Below are positions 54,173 to 61,815 of a DNA stretch of 64,000 nucleotides, piece by piece. Origin of the DNA: an uncultured Chloroflexia bacterium. Lineage in GTDB: Bacteria > Chloroflexota > Anaerolineae > Anaerolineales > UBA4823. Numbering within the stretch: position 1 is the first letter of the stretch; every line of letters begins with the position of its first letter. The notes beneath the pieces were generated by a model. It searched no databases. It had not been told where the DNA came from and worked only from the letters and a program-made list of their open reading frames with translations. The DNA lies in assembly GCA_963726315.1 (NCBI GenBank), contig CAVSBZ010000005.1, forward strand, positions 1,930,947 through 1,994,946. Direction: 5' to 3'. Position numbers and translations under genes: made by a program.

Positions 54173-54598
54173 ATGGAAACATATCAAACTCAAGCTCAAT
54201 TATTCAAGGTCTTGATGCACCCCACCCGCTTGGCCATCCTGGATGAGTTACGCCATGGTGAGCAGTGTGTCTGCCACATGGAGGCTAAATTCGGCTTACG
54301 CCAGGCGTATATTTCACAACATCTCATGGTGCTGCGCGATGCTGGATTAGTTACTGATCGACGTGATGGCTGGAATATTTATTATCAAGTGGATAAACCG
54401 GAGATCTTCCAGGTCATTGATGCAATGAAAAACATGACCGACACATCGAATAGCATTCAAACTGGCAGTACTCAATCCAATATTAGTTCATCAGAAAAAC
54501 AGCGTCCTTGTCCCTGCCCCAAGTGCAATGCCGGCTCAGAGGCAAATCACAATGAATCACAGGACTTAGCGCTAAATGAGGTTGTGGCTACAGTTTGA
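54173..54598 (+). CDS. arsR: ArsR/SmtB family transcriptional regulator with Cys-rich C-terminal tail
   Basis: LFKVLMHPTRLAILDEL...CVCH...ISQHLMVLRDAGLV winged-helix core, with CPCPKC in the tail. Confidence 0.85.
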   Translation: METYQTQAQLFKVLMHPTRLAILDELRHGEQCVCHMEAKFGLRQAYISQHLMVLRDAGLVTDRRDGWNIYYQVDKPEIFQVIDAMKNMTDTSNSIQTGSTQSNISSSEKQRPCPCPKCNAGSEANHNESQDLALNEVVATV

Positions 54599-54654
54599 AG
54601 GAAACAGTAAAACACATTGATATATCTAGCCTATTGAAAAACAGTGAGGAACCC

Positions 54655-55103
54655 ATGCCTAATTTTCTTGAAACTACAATCGATAAATTTACTTTCAAAG
54701 TTGCTGATGATCGCTTCTACACACCAGCAGGTATATGGGCGCTAGCAGAAGGCAACCGAATCCGGATCGGCCTTTCTGATTTCCAACAGCAACGCAGCGG
54801 CGACGTGGCGTTTGCAGAGATCAAACCAGTCGGCACGCAGCTTGCTTTTGATGATGAAGTGGCGGTGATCGAGACGATCAAAGTCAATATCAGCCTGGGT
54901 TCTCCTGTCGCTGGGAGTGTTGTTGAAGTCAATCCAGCTATGACTGATGCTCCCGAAGTAATAAACCAGGATCCTTATGGGCTGGTTGGATGGCTGTGAT
55001 CGAGGCAGAAGATTGGAAAGCCGATCGACCACGCCTGATGGATCCCCAGGCTTACTTTGCGCACATGAAATCTCTGGCACAAGAGGAGTTGAATAAAGGA
55101 TGA
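54655..55103 (+). pseudogene. Glycine-cleavage H-protein-like lipoyl carrier, frame break at GGG 54979-54981
   Basis: VIETIKVNISLGSPVAGSVVEVN aligns by eye with the GcvH lipoyl-lysine motif (VESVKAASD...). DPYG then continues as (A)GWMAVIEAEDW... in the next frame. GAGGA RBS before ATG 54655. Confidence 0.7.
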
Positions 55104-55534
55104 GCGACACAAATTTGCCGCGCAAGGTCGCAATTGTACCTTGCAGCGGGATCGGTAAAACCTACGGCTCTGTCAGCCGTGAGGCTGCATATGATGTCAC
55201 CGAAGATTTACGTCCCGAGAAAACCCAATTGGTTTCCCTGGCTATGCTCGTCCTGGGTGATGAAAGTGCACGGGCTGCCCTGGCTGGAGCTCCAGCTGTG
55301 ACCATTGACGGATGCAAGTTAGCCTGTGCTACCAAAATGGTCCTCGAAAGCGGTGGGACGGTCGCCCAGGATTATGCCGTGCTGGATGTCTATCGACGGT
55401 ATAAGCAGTTCAAGCCGCAGGGGATTGCTGAGCTCAACGAAGGTGGCCAGCAGCTGGCGCATGCGTTGGCAGAAGAGATTGCCACGGTCGTGGACAGTAC
55501 TCTGGCTGGGACCGGAGGAGAAAAGAATGGTTGA
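55100..55534 (+). CDS. DGC-domain (putative zinc-binding) protein 1
   Basis: VAIVPCSG near the N-terminus and TIDGCKLAC, the name-giving DGC motif. ATGA overlap with the upstream gene. Confidence 0.7.
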   Translation: MSDTNLPRKVAIVPCSGIGKTYGSVSREAAYDVTEDLRPEKTQLVSLAMLVLGDESARAALAGAPAVTIDGCKLACATKMVLESGGTVAQDYAVLDVYRRYKQFKPQGIAELNEGGQQLAHALAEEIATVVDSTLAGTGGEKNG

Positions 55535-56272
55535 TCTTCCCAAGAAAAAAGTTGGGATTGTGGCTTGTTCTGGCGAAGAACTGGCTGAAGGACAGTAACA
55601 CGCCTGGCGGCCTTGAAGGTACTAGAGCAGCTTCGCCCGGCTGAAACGGTCACCATCTGCCTGCCGCTTTTTCTGGCCGGCGGTGAGGGCGACCGAGCAT
55701 TTGCCCGCTTTTATCCGACGATTGCCGTAGATGGCTGCAATTTACGCTGCGCTGCACAAGGAACCGAGATGTATTCCGGAAAACCAGCTGCAAGCCTGGT
55801 AGTAAGTGATCTGGTGCAGCAAAAAGGTTTGGAGCAACCCAAAGGGTTGCGCCGGTTGAACAATGCTGGAAAGCAGGCTGTGGATTTAATGGCAGAACAA
55901 ATTGCGGACCAAGTTGACCAGATCCTTGGCTTGCAGTGGGATCGGCGCAAAGGTGAATTTACATTACCTGTCCAGAGAGATGATGCATCCGCTCCATCAA
56001 TTCAAGAAACAGTCCAGGCTACCTGTTCCTGCGGATCAGGAATCCCAATCCAAAAGGTGATGATCAATGGGCAGAGCGTAACCCTGATCGCCCTGCCGGT
56101 GATGCTCCAGCAGTTCAAAGAGGCTGGTAAAGCTCCTGGAGCAGAGACTGTCACAGAGCTACTGGATCTACTCAAGATCTATAATCCGATCCCAGCCGGA
56201 GAAGAACCAATCTACCGTGAGATGCTGCAAAAAGAATATTCGGCTTACTTCGAGAAGGAGCCTTCCCAATGA
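55527..56272 (+). pseudogene. DGC-domain protein 2 with ~100-aa C-terminal extension; frame break at GG 55590-55591
   Basis: MVDLPKKKVGIVACSGEELAEG continues as TVTRLAALKVLEQL...AVDGCNLRC in the adjacent frame. The C-terminal extension carries CSCGSG. GGAGGAG RBS before ATG 55527. Confidence 0.7.
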
Positions 56273-56719
56273 GTCGCACAGCCACCTACAATACGACTGT
56301 AGCCTGGAAAGGCGAGCATTGGGGCCATATCGTGATGGGCAATGGTCCAGAAATGGATTTCTCAGCCCCGCCCGATGCTCAGGGTCATCCCGGTGTGCTG
56401 ACGCCCGAAGATGCGTTTGTAGCTGCAGCCAATACCTGCATCATGATGATGTTTATCTGGGCGTCTGAGCGATTCAAGCTGAACCTGATTTCTTATGATT
56501 GCCGGGCTGAGGGGACCAAGCTGATCGAGCTGGACCGCACAGAGATTTTCACCCATTTACGTTTCTACCCGGTAATCCACATTGCAGCAGGTGGTGAAGA
56601 AGAAAAAGTCAGTCGAAGGGCGTGCTCGTCGAGCCTTACAGTCGGCACAAAAATACAGCCTTGTAGCAAACTCGGTGAAATCCGAGATTATCATCGAACC
56701 GCAAATTAAGGTTAGCTAA
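56269..56719 (+). pseudogene. OsmC-like protein, frame break at A5 56603-56607
   Basis: OsmC-type N-terminal half (AFVAAANTCIMMMF). After GGEEEK the plausible C-terminus RRALQSAQKYSLVANSVKSEIIIEPQIKVS is in the next frame. ATGA overlap upstream and TAATG overlap downstream. Confidence 0.6.
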
Positions 56720-56922
56720 TGAAACCAGTTCTCAACGAAGAAAAATGCCCGGCCATCGGGCAATATTGCCCAGCTATTCCGGCATGCACGGAAAACGCGA
56801 TGTCGTATGTTATTGATAAAAGTATCCGTAAGGGCGGTCGAATTGTTTTCAATTATGAAAAATGTAATGAGTGTGGTATTTGTGTCACCAAATGCTGCGG
56901 ATCTGCTATTGAACTCAATTAA
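56719..56922 (+). CDS. Small 4Fe-4S ferredoxin-like protein
   Basis: CNECGICVTKCC (CxxCxxCxxxC) plus an N-terminal Cys triplet, CPAIGQYCPAIPAC. Confidence 0.65.
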   Translation: MKPVLNEEKCPAIGQYCPAIPACTENAMSYVIDKSIRKGGRIVFNYEKCNECGICVTKCCGSAIELN

Positions 56923-56942
56923 CCATATTTTAGAGAAGGAGA

Positions 56943-57194
56943 ATGAAAATGCTTACCATCAAAGTTCTGGGTCCCGGTTGTGAAAATTGTAAAAATGTGG
57001 AGGCCATAACTCGCAAGGCACTTGCTATGTTTGGCATTGAAGCTCAGGTCATCAAAGTGACCGATTGGGCGGAAATCAAAAAATATCCCATCCTGGGTAC
57101 GCCTGGTTTGGTGATTAATGAAAAAGTTGTCTGCGCCGGCCGTATTCCAACCGAATTGGAAGTGACCACCTGGTTGGCCAATGCCATGTCTTGA
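56943..57194 (+). CDS. Thioredoxin_3-type small redox-active disulfide protein (MTH895-like)
   Basis: KVLGPGCENCK active site and ...TPGLVINEKVVCAGRIP. The start could be ATG 56949, which has better spacing from GAAGGAG. Confidence 0.75.
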   Translation: MKMLTIKVLGPGCENCKNVEAITRKALAMFGIEAQVIKVTDWAEIKKYPILGTPGLVINEKVVCAGRIPTELEVTTWLANAMS

Positions 57195-57221
57195 TAAATC
57201 AGCTATCTCTAAGAGGTGTAT

Positions 57222-57569
57222 ATGACGACCAATTATGTTGAATATCACCAACACCTCGAAGAGGGCTTGGCCAGGTTGGGCCAGGATCTACCCGGACCGA
57301 TGAGCGGTTTTACCCGCTTGCATAGAAAGTCCATTGAGGATGGGGCATTAAGCCGGAAGGTTAAGGAAATGATGGCAGTGGCCATTAGTATTGTGGTAGG
57401 TTGTGAAGGCTGTATTGCCTATCATGTGCACGATGCCATTGAAGCAGGGGCTACGCGTGCAGAGCTTCTGGAAGCCGTCAGTGTAGGCTTGATGATGGGG
57501 GGTGGACCGGGATCAATTTACGCTACCCATGCTCTGGAGGCCATCGACCAATTCCTGGCTAAAGAATAA
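57222..57569 (+). CDS. Carboxymuconolactone decarboxylase/AhpD-like family protein
   Basis: VGCEGCIAYHV (CxxCxxxH). AAGAGG RBS 5 nt before ATG 57222. Confidence 0.75.
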   Translation: MTTNYVEYHQHLEEGLARLGQDLPGPMSGFTRLHRKSIEDGALSRKVKEMMAVAISIVVGCEGCIAYHVHDAIEAGATRAELLEAVSVGLMMGGGPGSIYATHALEAIDQFLAKE

Positions 57570-57607
57570 TCGGGATATTTATCCATTATTAAGTGAGGGA
57601 ACGCACC

Positions 57608-57814
57608 ATGTCTGTACCATCTGACCGCCAACGCTTCGCGTGGGTAACACTGGAAGCCCAGGAGATCATTGAGCTGAAGGAAGCGATCATGGATCGCGAT
57701 TCCCATGACGTGGTTGATTTTTTCTGGCGCATCGTCCTACCACGTGCGAAGGATGCTGCCGAAAAGCGCGGCATTTCCTTGAATGAGGATAGCAATGAGC
57801 ATTTATCTGGATAA
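57608..57814 (+). CDS. Small helical protein, paralog C of a three-member family
   Basis: GAGGGAA RBS. The sequence AWVTLEAQEIIELKEAIMDRDSHDVVDFFWRIV aligns with the two small ORFs at 58940 and 59120. It overlaps the cysteine desulfurase start by 20 nt. Confidence 0.55.
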   Translation: MSVPSDRQRFAWVTLEAQEIIELKEAIMDRDSHDVVDFFWRIVLPRAKDAAEKRGISLNEDSNEHLSG

Positions 57815-58931
57815 CGCTGCTACCAGCTGGCCCAAGCCGGAGACAGTATATCTGGCAATTGATCAATTCATGCGAGAGGTGGGAGCATCCCCGGGGCGAG
57901 GCGGTTACCAGCAAGAGGAAGAGGCGTTAAGGATTGCTGATGCAACCCGGACAGCAATCGCCGAGCTCTTTCATGCACCAGATCCACAGCGTATCGTTTT
58001 CACACTCAATGCCACTTACGCGATCAACATGGCATTAAAGGGAATGTTGCAGGCTGGTGACCATGTTGTCACTTCTTCGATTGAACATAATGCCATGTGG
58101 CGTCCATTGAAGGCATTGGAGAAACATGGTGTGCAGATTACCGCAGTTCCGTGTAATTCAGATGGATTACTCGACCCAGATGATGTAGAAAAAGCTGTGC
58201 GTCCGAATACCCGGTTAATTGCCATGCTACATGGATCAAACGTATTGGGTACTATTTTACCTATTGTAGAGATCGGCCATATCACCCGTGAACATGGGAT
58301 ACCCTTTCTTGTAGATGCGGCGCAAACGGCTGGAAATGTACCCATTGACATGCAAGCAATGGGAATTAATCTTTTAGCTTTTGCTGGCCATAAAGGCACC
58401 TATGGACCTCAAGGGACAGGAGGGTTGGTCGTATCACCTGACCTCCACCTTGAAACCTGGGTGGAAGGGGGTACAGGGTTCCCATCTCGCCCCGAAACCA
58501 TGCCGGATGAACTGCCTATACGGTTGGAAGCTGGTACCCAAAACTCAGCCGGCATCGCAGGGCTGCTGGCGGGTGTGCAATTCGTGCTGGAGCAGGGGGT
58601 CGAGAAAATCCATGCTCATGAGATGACATTAGCGAAGCGGTTAATCGACCAGCTTCAAGCAATTCCAGGCCTTAGGACACTCGGTCCGGCAAGCCTTGGG
58701 CAGCGCACCGCGGTAGTCTCGGTCACTGTGGAGAACTACATCCCTGACCAATTAGCGTCTGTTTTGGATAAGGTATTTGGGATCGCGACCCGGGCTGGTT
58801 TGCATTGCGCCCCCCAAGCCCACAATGCAGCTGGTACCCTGGAAGATGGAGCCTTGCGTTTCAGTCCTGGATATTTTAATACAGCCGAAGAGATCGATGA
58901 TGCAGTCAGCGCTTTGAAGGATATCTTGTAG
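57795..58931 (+). CDS. Cysteine desulfurase (class V aminotransferase; NifS/CsdA/selenocysteine-lyase type)
   Basis: MSIYLDNAATSWP start, PLP-lysine context FAGHKGTYGPQGTGG, and catalytic Cys context RAGLHCAPQAH. Confidence 0.85.
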   Translation: MSIYLDNAATSWPKPETVYLAIDQFMREVGASPGRGGYQQEEEALRIADATRTAIAELFHAPDPQRIVFTLNATYAINMALKGMLQAGDHVVTSSIEHNAMWRPLKALEKHGVQITAVPCNSDGLLDPDDVEKAVRPNTRLIAMLHGSNVLGTILPIVEIGHITREHGIPFLVDAAQTAGNVPIDMQAMGINLLAFAGHKGTYGPQGTGGLVVSPDLHLETWVEGGTGFPSRPETMPDELPIRLEAGTQNSAGIAGLLAGVQFVLEQGVEKIHAHEMTLAKRLIDQLQAIPGLRTLGPASLGQRTAVVSVTVENYIPDQLASVLDKVFGIATRAGLHCAPQAHNAAGTLEDGALRFSPGYFNTAEEIDDAVSALKDIL

Positions 58932-58939
58932 GCGGTCAA

Positions 58940-59104
58940 ATGGCGAAACAGCGCATCGAAAAGACGTTGGTCATTCTGAACGAAGATGAGTTAAGGCAAG
59001 TAATGCGCCTGGCTCAACAGAATGATCCGGAGGCAATCTATAAGTTTGTGAAGGAAGTGATTGCGAAAAGAGTAGAAGAAGCAATCCGCAGGCGCTGTGG
59101 ATAA
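58940..59104 (+). CDS. Small helical protein, paralog A (54 aa, below the ORF-track cut-off)
   Basis: Hand translation: MAKQRIEKTLVILNEDELRQVMRLAQQNDPEAIYKFVKEVIAKRVEEAIRRRCG. It starts 9 nt after the desulfurase stop. Confidence 0.5.
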   Translation: MAKQRIEKTLVILNEDELRQVMRLAQQNDPEAIYKFVKEVIAKRVEEAIRRRCG

Positions 59105-59119
59105 CTCAACGGAGGAAAA

Positions 59120-59293
59120 ATGCTAAAAGTGAGTGTGGTTTTGGACGAGCAGCAGCAGGTAGAGTTGCAGATGATCCTTACGGATGAGGATAGAGAGGCT
59201 GCTTTGCGCTACCTGAAAGAGGTCATCTGGTCTCAGGTCCAGGCGACCCATCAAAAAGAATTACGCAGTCACCTGGAACAAGGAGCTATGTAA
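59120..59293 (+). CDS. Small helical protein, paralog B (57 aa, below the ORF-track cut-off)
   Basis: GGAGGAAAAATG RBS/start. Hand translation: MLKVSVVLDEQQQVELQMILTDEDREAALRYLKEVIWSQVQATHQKELRSHLEQGAM. Confidence 0.55.
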   Translation: MLKVSVVLDEQQQVELQMILTDEDREAALRYLKEVIWSQVQATHQKELRSHLEQGAM

Positions 59294-59343
59294 GTAAGCT
59301 CGAGCAACGCTGTAAAACATAATTTGGAGCTTTCCGGATTTAT

Positions 59344-59799
59344 ATGCCAAAGCCACATCACCGTACACAATCACGTTTGCCTCAGCTTTTTGCAATTGGA
59401 GGTGTGGTGATATTAGTCCTGGCTATTTTATTAATCAAAGGAAAACCACAAGCTGCAGCTCCGAGTGTCGATCCGAGCCAATTAGCTGAACACCAACTCG
59501 ACCGCGCTTTGGCAGATCACAAACCCATTCTGGCGTTCTTCCACTCCAATAATTGTAAACAATGTCTCATCATGATCGACACGGTCAACCAGGTCTACCC
59601 CGAATTCTCTGCATCCATCGAATTGGTGGATGTCAATGTTTATGATCAAAACAACGCTCAACTACTAAAACGGGTAGGATTGCAGTATATTCCAACACTC
59701 ATATTCTATGACCATGCAGGCAAACAGCACGTTATCGTAGGTGTGATCGAAGCCGACCAACTTCACCAAACACTTTCAGACCTAGTGGCTGGAGAATAA
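59344..59799 (+). CDS. Membrane-anchored thioredoxin-family protein (CxxC)
   Basis: N-terminal TM anchor and active site FHSNNCKQC in a thioredoxin-fold pattern (...IPTLIFYD...). Confidence 0.75.
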   Translation: MPKPHHRTQSRLPQLFAIGGVVILVLAILLIKGKPQAAAPSVDPSQLAEHQLDRALADHKPILAFFHSNNCKQCLIMIDTVNQVYPEFSASIELVDVNVYDQNNAQLLKRVGLQYIPTLIFYDHAGKQHVIVGVIEADQLHQTLSDLVAGE

Positions 59800-59800
59800 T

Positions 59801-60475
59801 ATGATTTTCGATCCAGCCTTCCTGCAAACCGCTTCAATACTAGGTTTTATCCTTGTCTTTCTAGGTGGGATAGCCACCAGCCTGGGTCCTTGTAATATTG
59901 CTACGATCCCCCTCATTGTTGGCTATGTAGGCGGTAGCCATGATCTCAGCCGTAATCGTTCTTTTGTTCTTTCTTTAGCTTTTGCTGTCGGGTTGGCGCT
60001 CACTTTCATGTTTTTAGGTGTGATTGCTGCCTTAATCGGTGGGTTGATTGGGGCGAATACGCGTTGGTGGTATTACCTTGTCGCTGCAGTCTGCTTGGTC
60101 CTTGGACTAAAGATGCTCGGGGTGATCCGGGTCAATCTACCAATGGTATTTGGCGGGCTGCGTGAACGTGTTGGTCTAAAAGGTATCCCCGGAGCATTAG
60201 CCCTGGGGCTGGTCTCTGGCTTGGTAGCCTCCCAGTGCGCCACCCCAGTGCTGGTTGCCATCCTGACTTTTGTGATGGCGAAGGGTGCAATACTTTATGG
60301 TGCTGCATTGCTTTTCGTTTATGCGATGGGTCGTGGTGTACCAGTCGTATTGGCGGGTACATTTACAGGTGCTCTGAAAAACTTTCAAAAAATGGAACGG
60401 TGGTCAGGTGTCATAGAAAAAGCTAGTGGTGTGATCATAATCGGGGTCGGGATATATTTTTTGTGGATTGCTTAA
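59801..60475 (+). CDS. ccdA: CcdA/DsbD-family transmembrane thiol:disulfide electron transporter
   Basis: Six TM helices with the two conserved Cys contexts, LGPCNIATIPL and ASQCATPVL. Confidence 0.85.
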   Translation: MIFDPAFLQTASILGFILVFLGGIATSLGPCNIATIPLIVGYVGGSHDLSRNRSFVLSLAFAVGLALTFMFLGVIAALIGGLIGANTRWWYYLVAAVCLVLGLKMLGVIRVNLPMVFGGLRERVGLKGIPGALALGLVSGLVASQCATPVLVAILTFVMAKGAILYGAALLFVYAMGRGVPVVLAGTFTGALKNFQKMERWSGVIEKASGVIIIGVGIYFLWIA

Positions 60476-60478
60476 GTG

Positions 60479-60928
60479 ATGAAATCTAAACGGTCTCCAT
60501 TTTCAGCAAATCGCAGGCGCATGGCCACGCTGATGTTAGTGGCAGTGATTGTATTTGCTGTTTTAGCAATTAAATCGATTAACGACAATTGGTTTGAACC
60601 ACGGATACCTCTTGCACTGAATGGACAACCAGCCCTGGTGTTTTTCACGCTGGGGAAAGGTTGCGAATGCCAGATGAAAGTCATCCACAATGCAGAAAAG
60701 CAACTGGCAGAATGGAAGGTTGTTGTCGATAGTAAGATCCCCTTATTCACAGTGGATTTTAGCCGAAGACCTGACTTAGCCAAGCAATATGGAGTTGCGC
60801 GCTCACCTGCCTTGGTTTTGCTAAATGCTGCTGGAGAAGTAATATGGAAACAGGACTTGGGGCTGAGTGATGAAGCACCACTCGATATAAATGCTGCCAG
60901 TATACAAATAGAGAACATTATAAAATGA
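60479..60928 (+). CDS. Membrane-anchored thioredoxin-like protein with CxC motif
   Basis: TM anchor and a thioredoxin-fold pattern (ALVFFTLGKGCECQ ... SPALVLLNAAGEVIW). The usual CxxC position is occupied by C-E-C. Confidence 0.6.
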   Translation: MKSKRSPFSANRRRMATLMLVAVIVFAVLAIKSINDNWFEPRIPLALNGQPALVFFTLGKGCECQMKVIHNAEKQLAEWKVVVDSKIPLFTVDFSRRPDLAKQYGVARSPALVLLNAAGEVIWKQDLGLSDEAPLDINAASIQIENIIK

Positions 60929-60944
60929 TCAACAGGAGCTCGGC

Positions 60945-61208
60945 ATGAAAGATATGGATGATAATATCGAACCAAAACAAAATCAGGAGTTAGAGAAACC
61001 CCTTTGCTCTTGCCTGACCGATCCATTCACCAGCCTGCCACCAGAATTGAGACCCCGGAACACGGATGTCATGAAAGGGTTGCGCAAGGTAAAATGTCCA
61101 GCCTGTGGTTTCGAGTATTGGACAAACCGTGATACCGATATGTGTATTGATTGCGAGAAAAAAGGCGTTCATCTACAGAGATGTCGAATTATAATTAATC
61201 ACAAGTGA
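60945..61208 (+). CDS. Small zinc-ribbon protein
   Basis: CPACG...CIDC pair plus an upstream CSC. No family recognised. Confidence 0.45.
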   Translation: MKDMDDNIEPKQNQELEKPLCSCLTDPFTSLPPELRPRNTDVMKGLRKVKCPACGFEYWTNRDTDMCIDCEKKGVHLQRCRIIINHK

Positions 61209-61274
61209 TCGATATTCTCAAAAGTCACTCAAAGAATAAATAACTAATGATTGAGATTATTAAGAAGGAATATA

Positions 61275-61496
61275 ATGCCTGTAATTATTCATCCATTAGG
61301 TCAATTAAAGAGTTTTTTTAACAACCAATCAACGATTACAGTCGAGGCGGGCAAGCAATCCGGCAATTCTATCACAGCTCAAATAGTACCTGAAATGGTG
61401 GCTGGCGTAGTTGTCAATGGTGATTTACAGACGAAGGATTATATCCTTCAGGATAATGACGATGTCAAGTTAATCGCCGTAATGAGTGGTGGGTAA
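61275..61496 (+). CDS. ThiS/MoaD-like ubiquitin-fold sulfur-carrier candidate (C-terminal GG)
   Basis: ~73 aa ending ...DDVKLIAVMSGG directly before the stop. AAGAAGGAA RBS before ATG 61275; the ORF track starts at 61251. Confidence 0.6.
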   Translation: MPVIIHPLGQLKSFFNNQSTITVEAGKQSGNSITAQIVPEMVAGVVVNGDLQTKDYILQDNDDVKLIAVMSGG

Positions 61497-61540
61497 GCTC
61501 GATCAATCGATTAATAAATTTCGTTATGTAGAGACGAATT

Positions 61541-61810
61541 ATGGTTAATGTCAAGATTTTAAGTTATAAAAAACCTCAACGTTATATCGTGCGACAGACA
61601 TTAATTGCCGCGCGAAATGAACTACGCAAAACCTATCCTGATTTTGATATTACGATTTCAGAAGTCAAAACACTCGAAGAGATAGAAGAATTCACTCCTG
61701 TGCTCGTTTGTCCTAGTCTGGTAATCAATGAAAAGTTATTCTGCACGGGATGGTTCCCAAAAAAAGAAGAAATTACTGAGTGGTTTAAGCAATATATTGA
61801 TCGAAATTAG
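61541..61810 (+). CDS. Thioredoxin_3-like protein lacking the N-terminal CxxC
   Basis: It aligns by eye with the 56943 protein (…VCPSLVINEKLFCTGWFP vs …TPGLVINEKVVCAGRIP). SYKKPQRY sits where GPGCENCK would be. Confidence 0.55.
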   Translation: MVNVKILSYKKPQRYIVRQTLIAARNELRKTYPDFDITISEVKTLEEIEEFTPVLVCPSLVINEKLFCTGWFPKKEEITEWFKQYIDRN

Positions 61811-61815
61811 GAATA

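Noticed and set aside
54997-54999. In-frame TGA/TAA/TAG codons in the broken redox genes (GcvH-like 54997, DGC-2 55596, radical SAM 53217) as selenocysteine or read-through sites.
   Set aside because: In every case the family-like sequence continues in a different frame rather than the same one. The stops are of mixed type and no SECIS-like hairpin directly follows. Frame shift is the simpler explanation.
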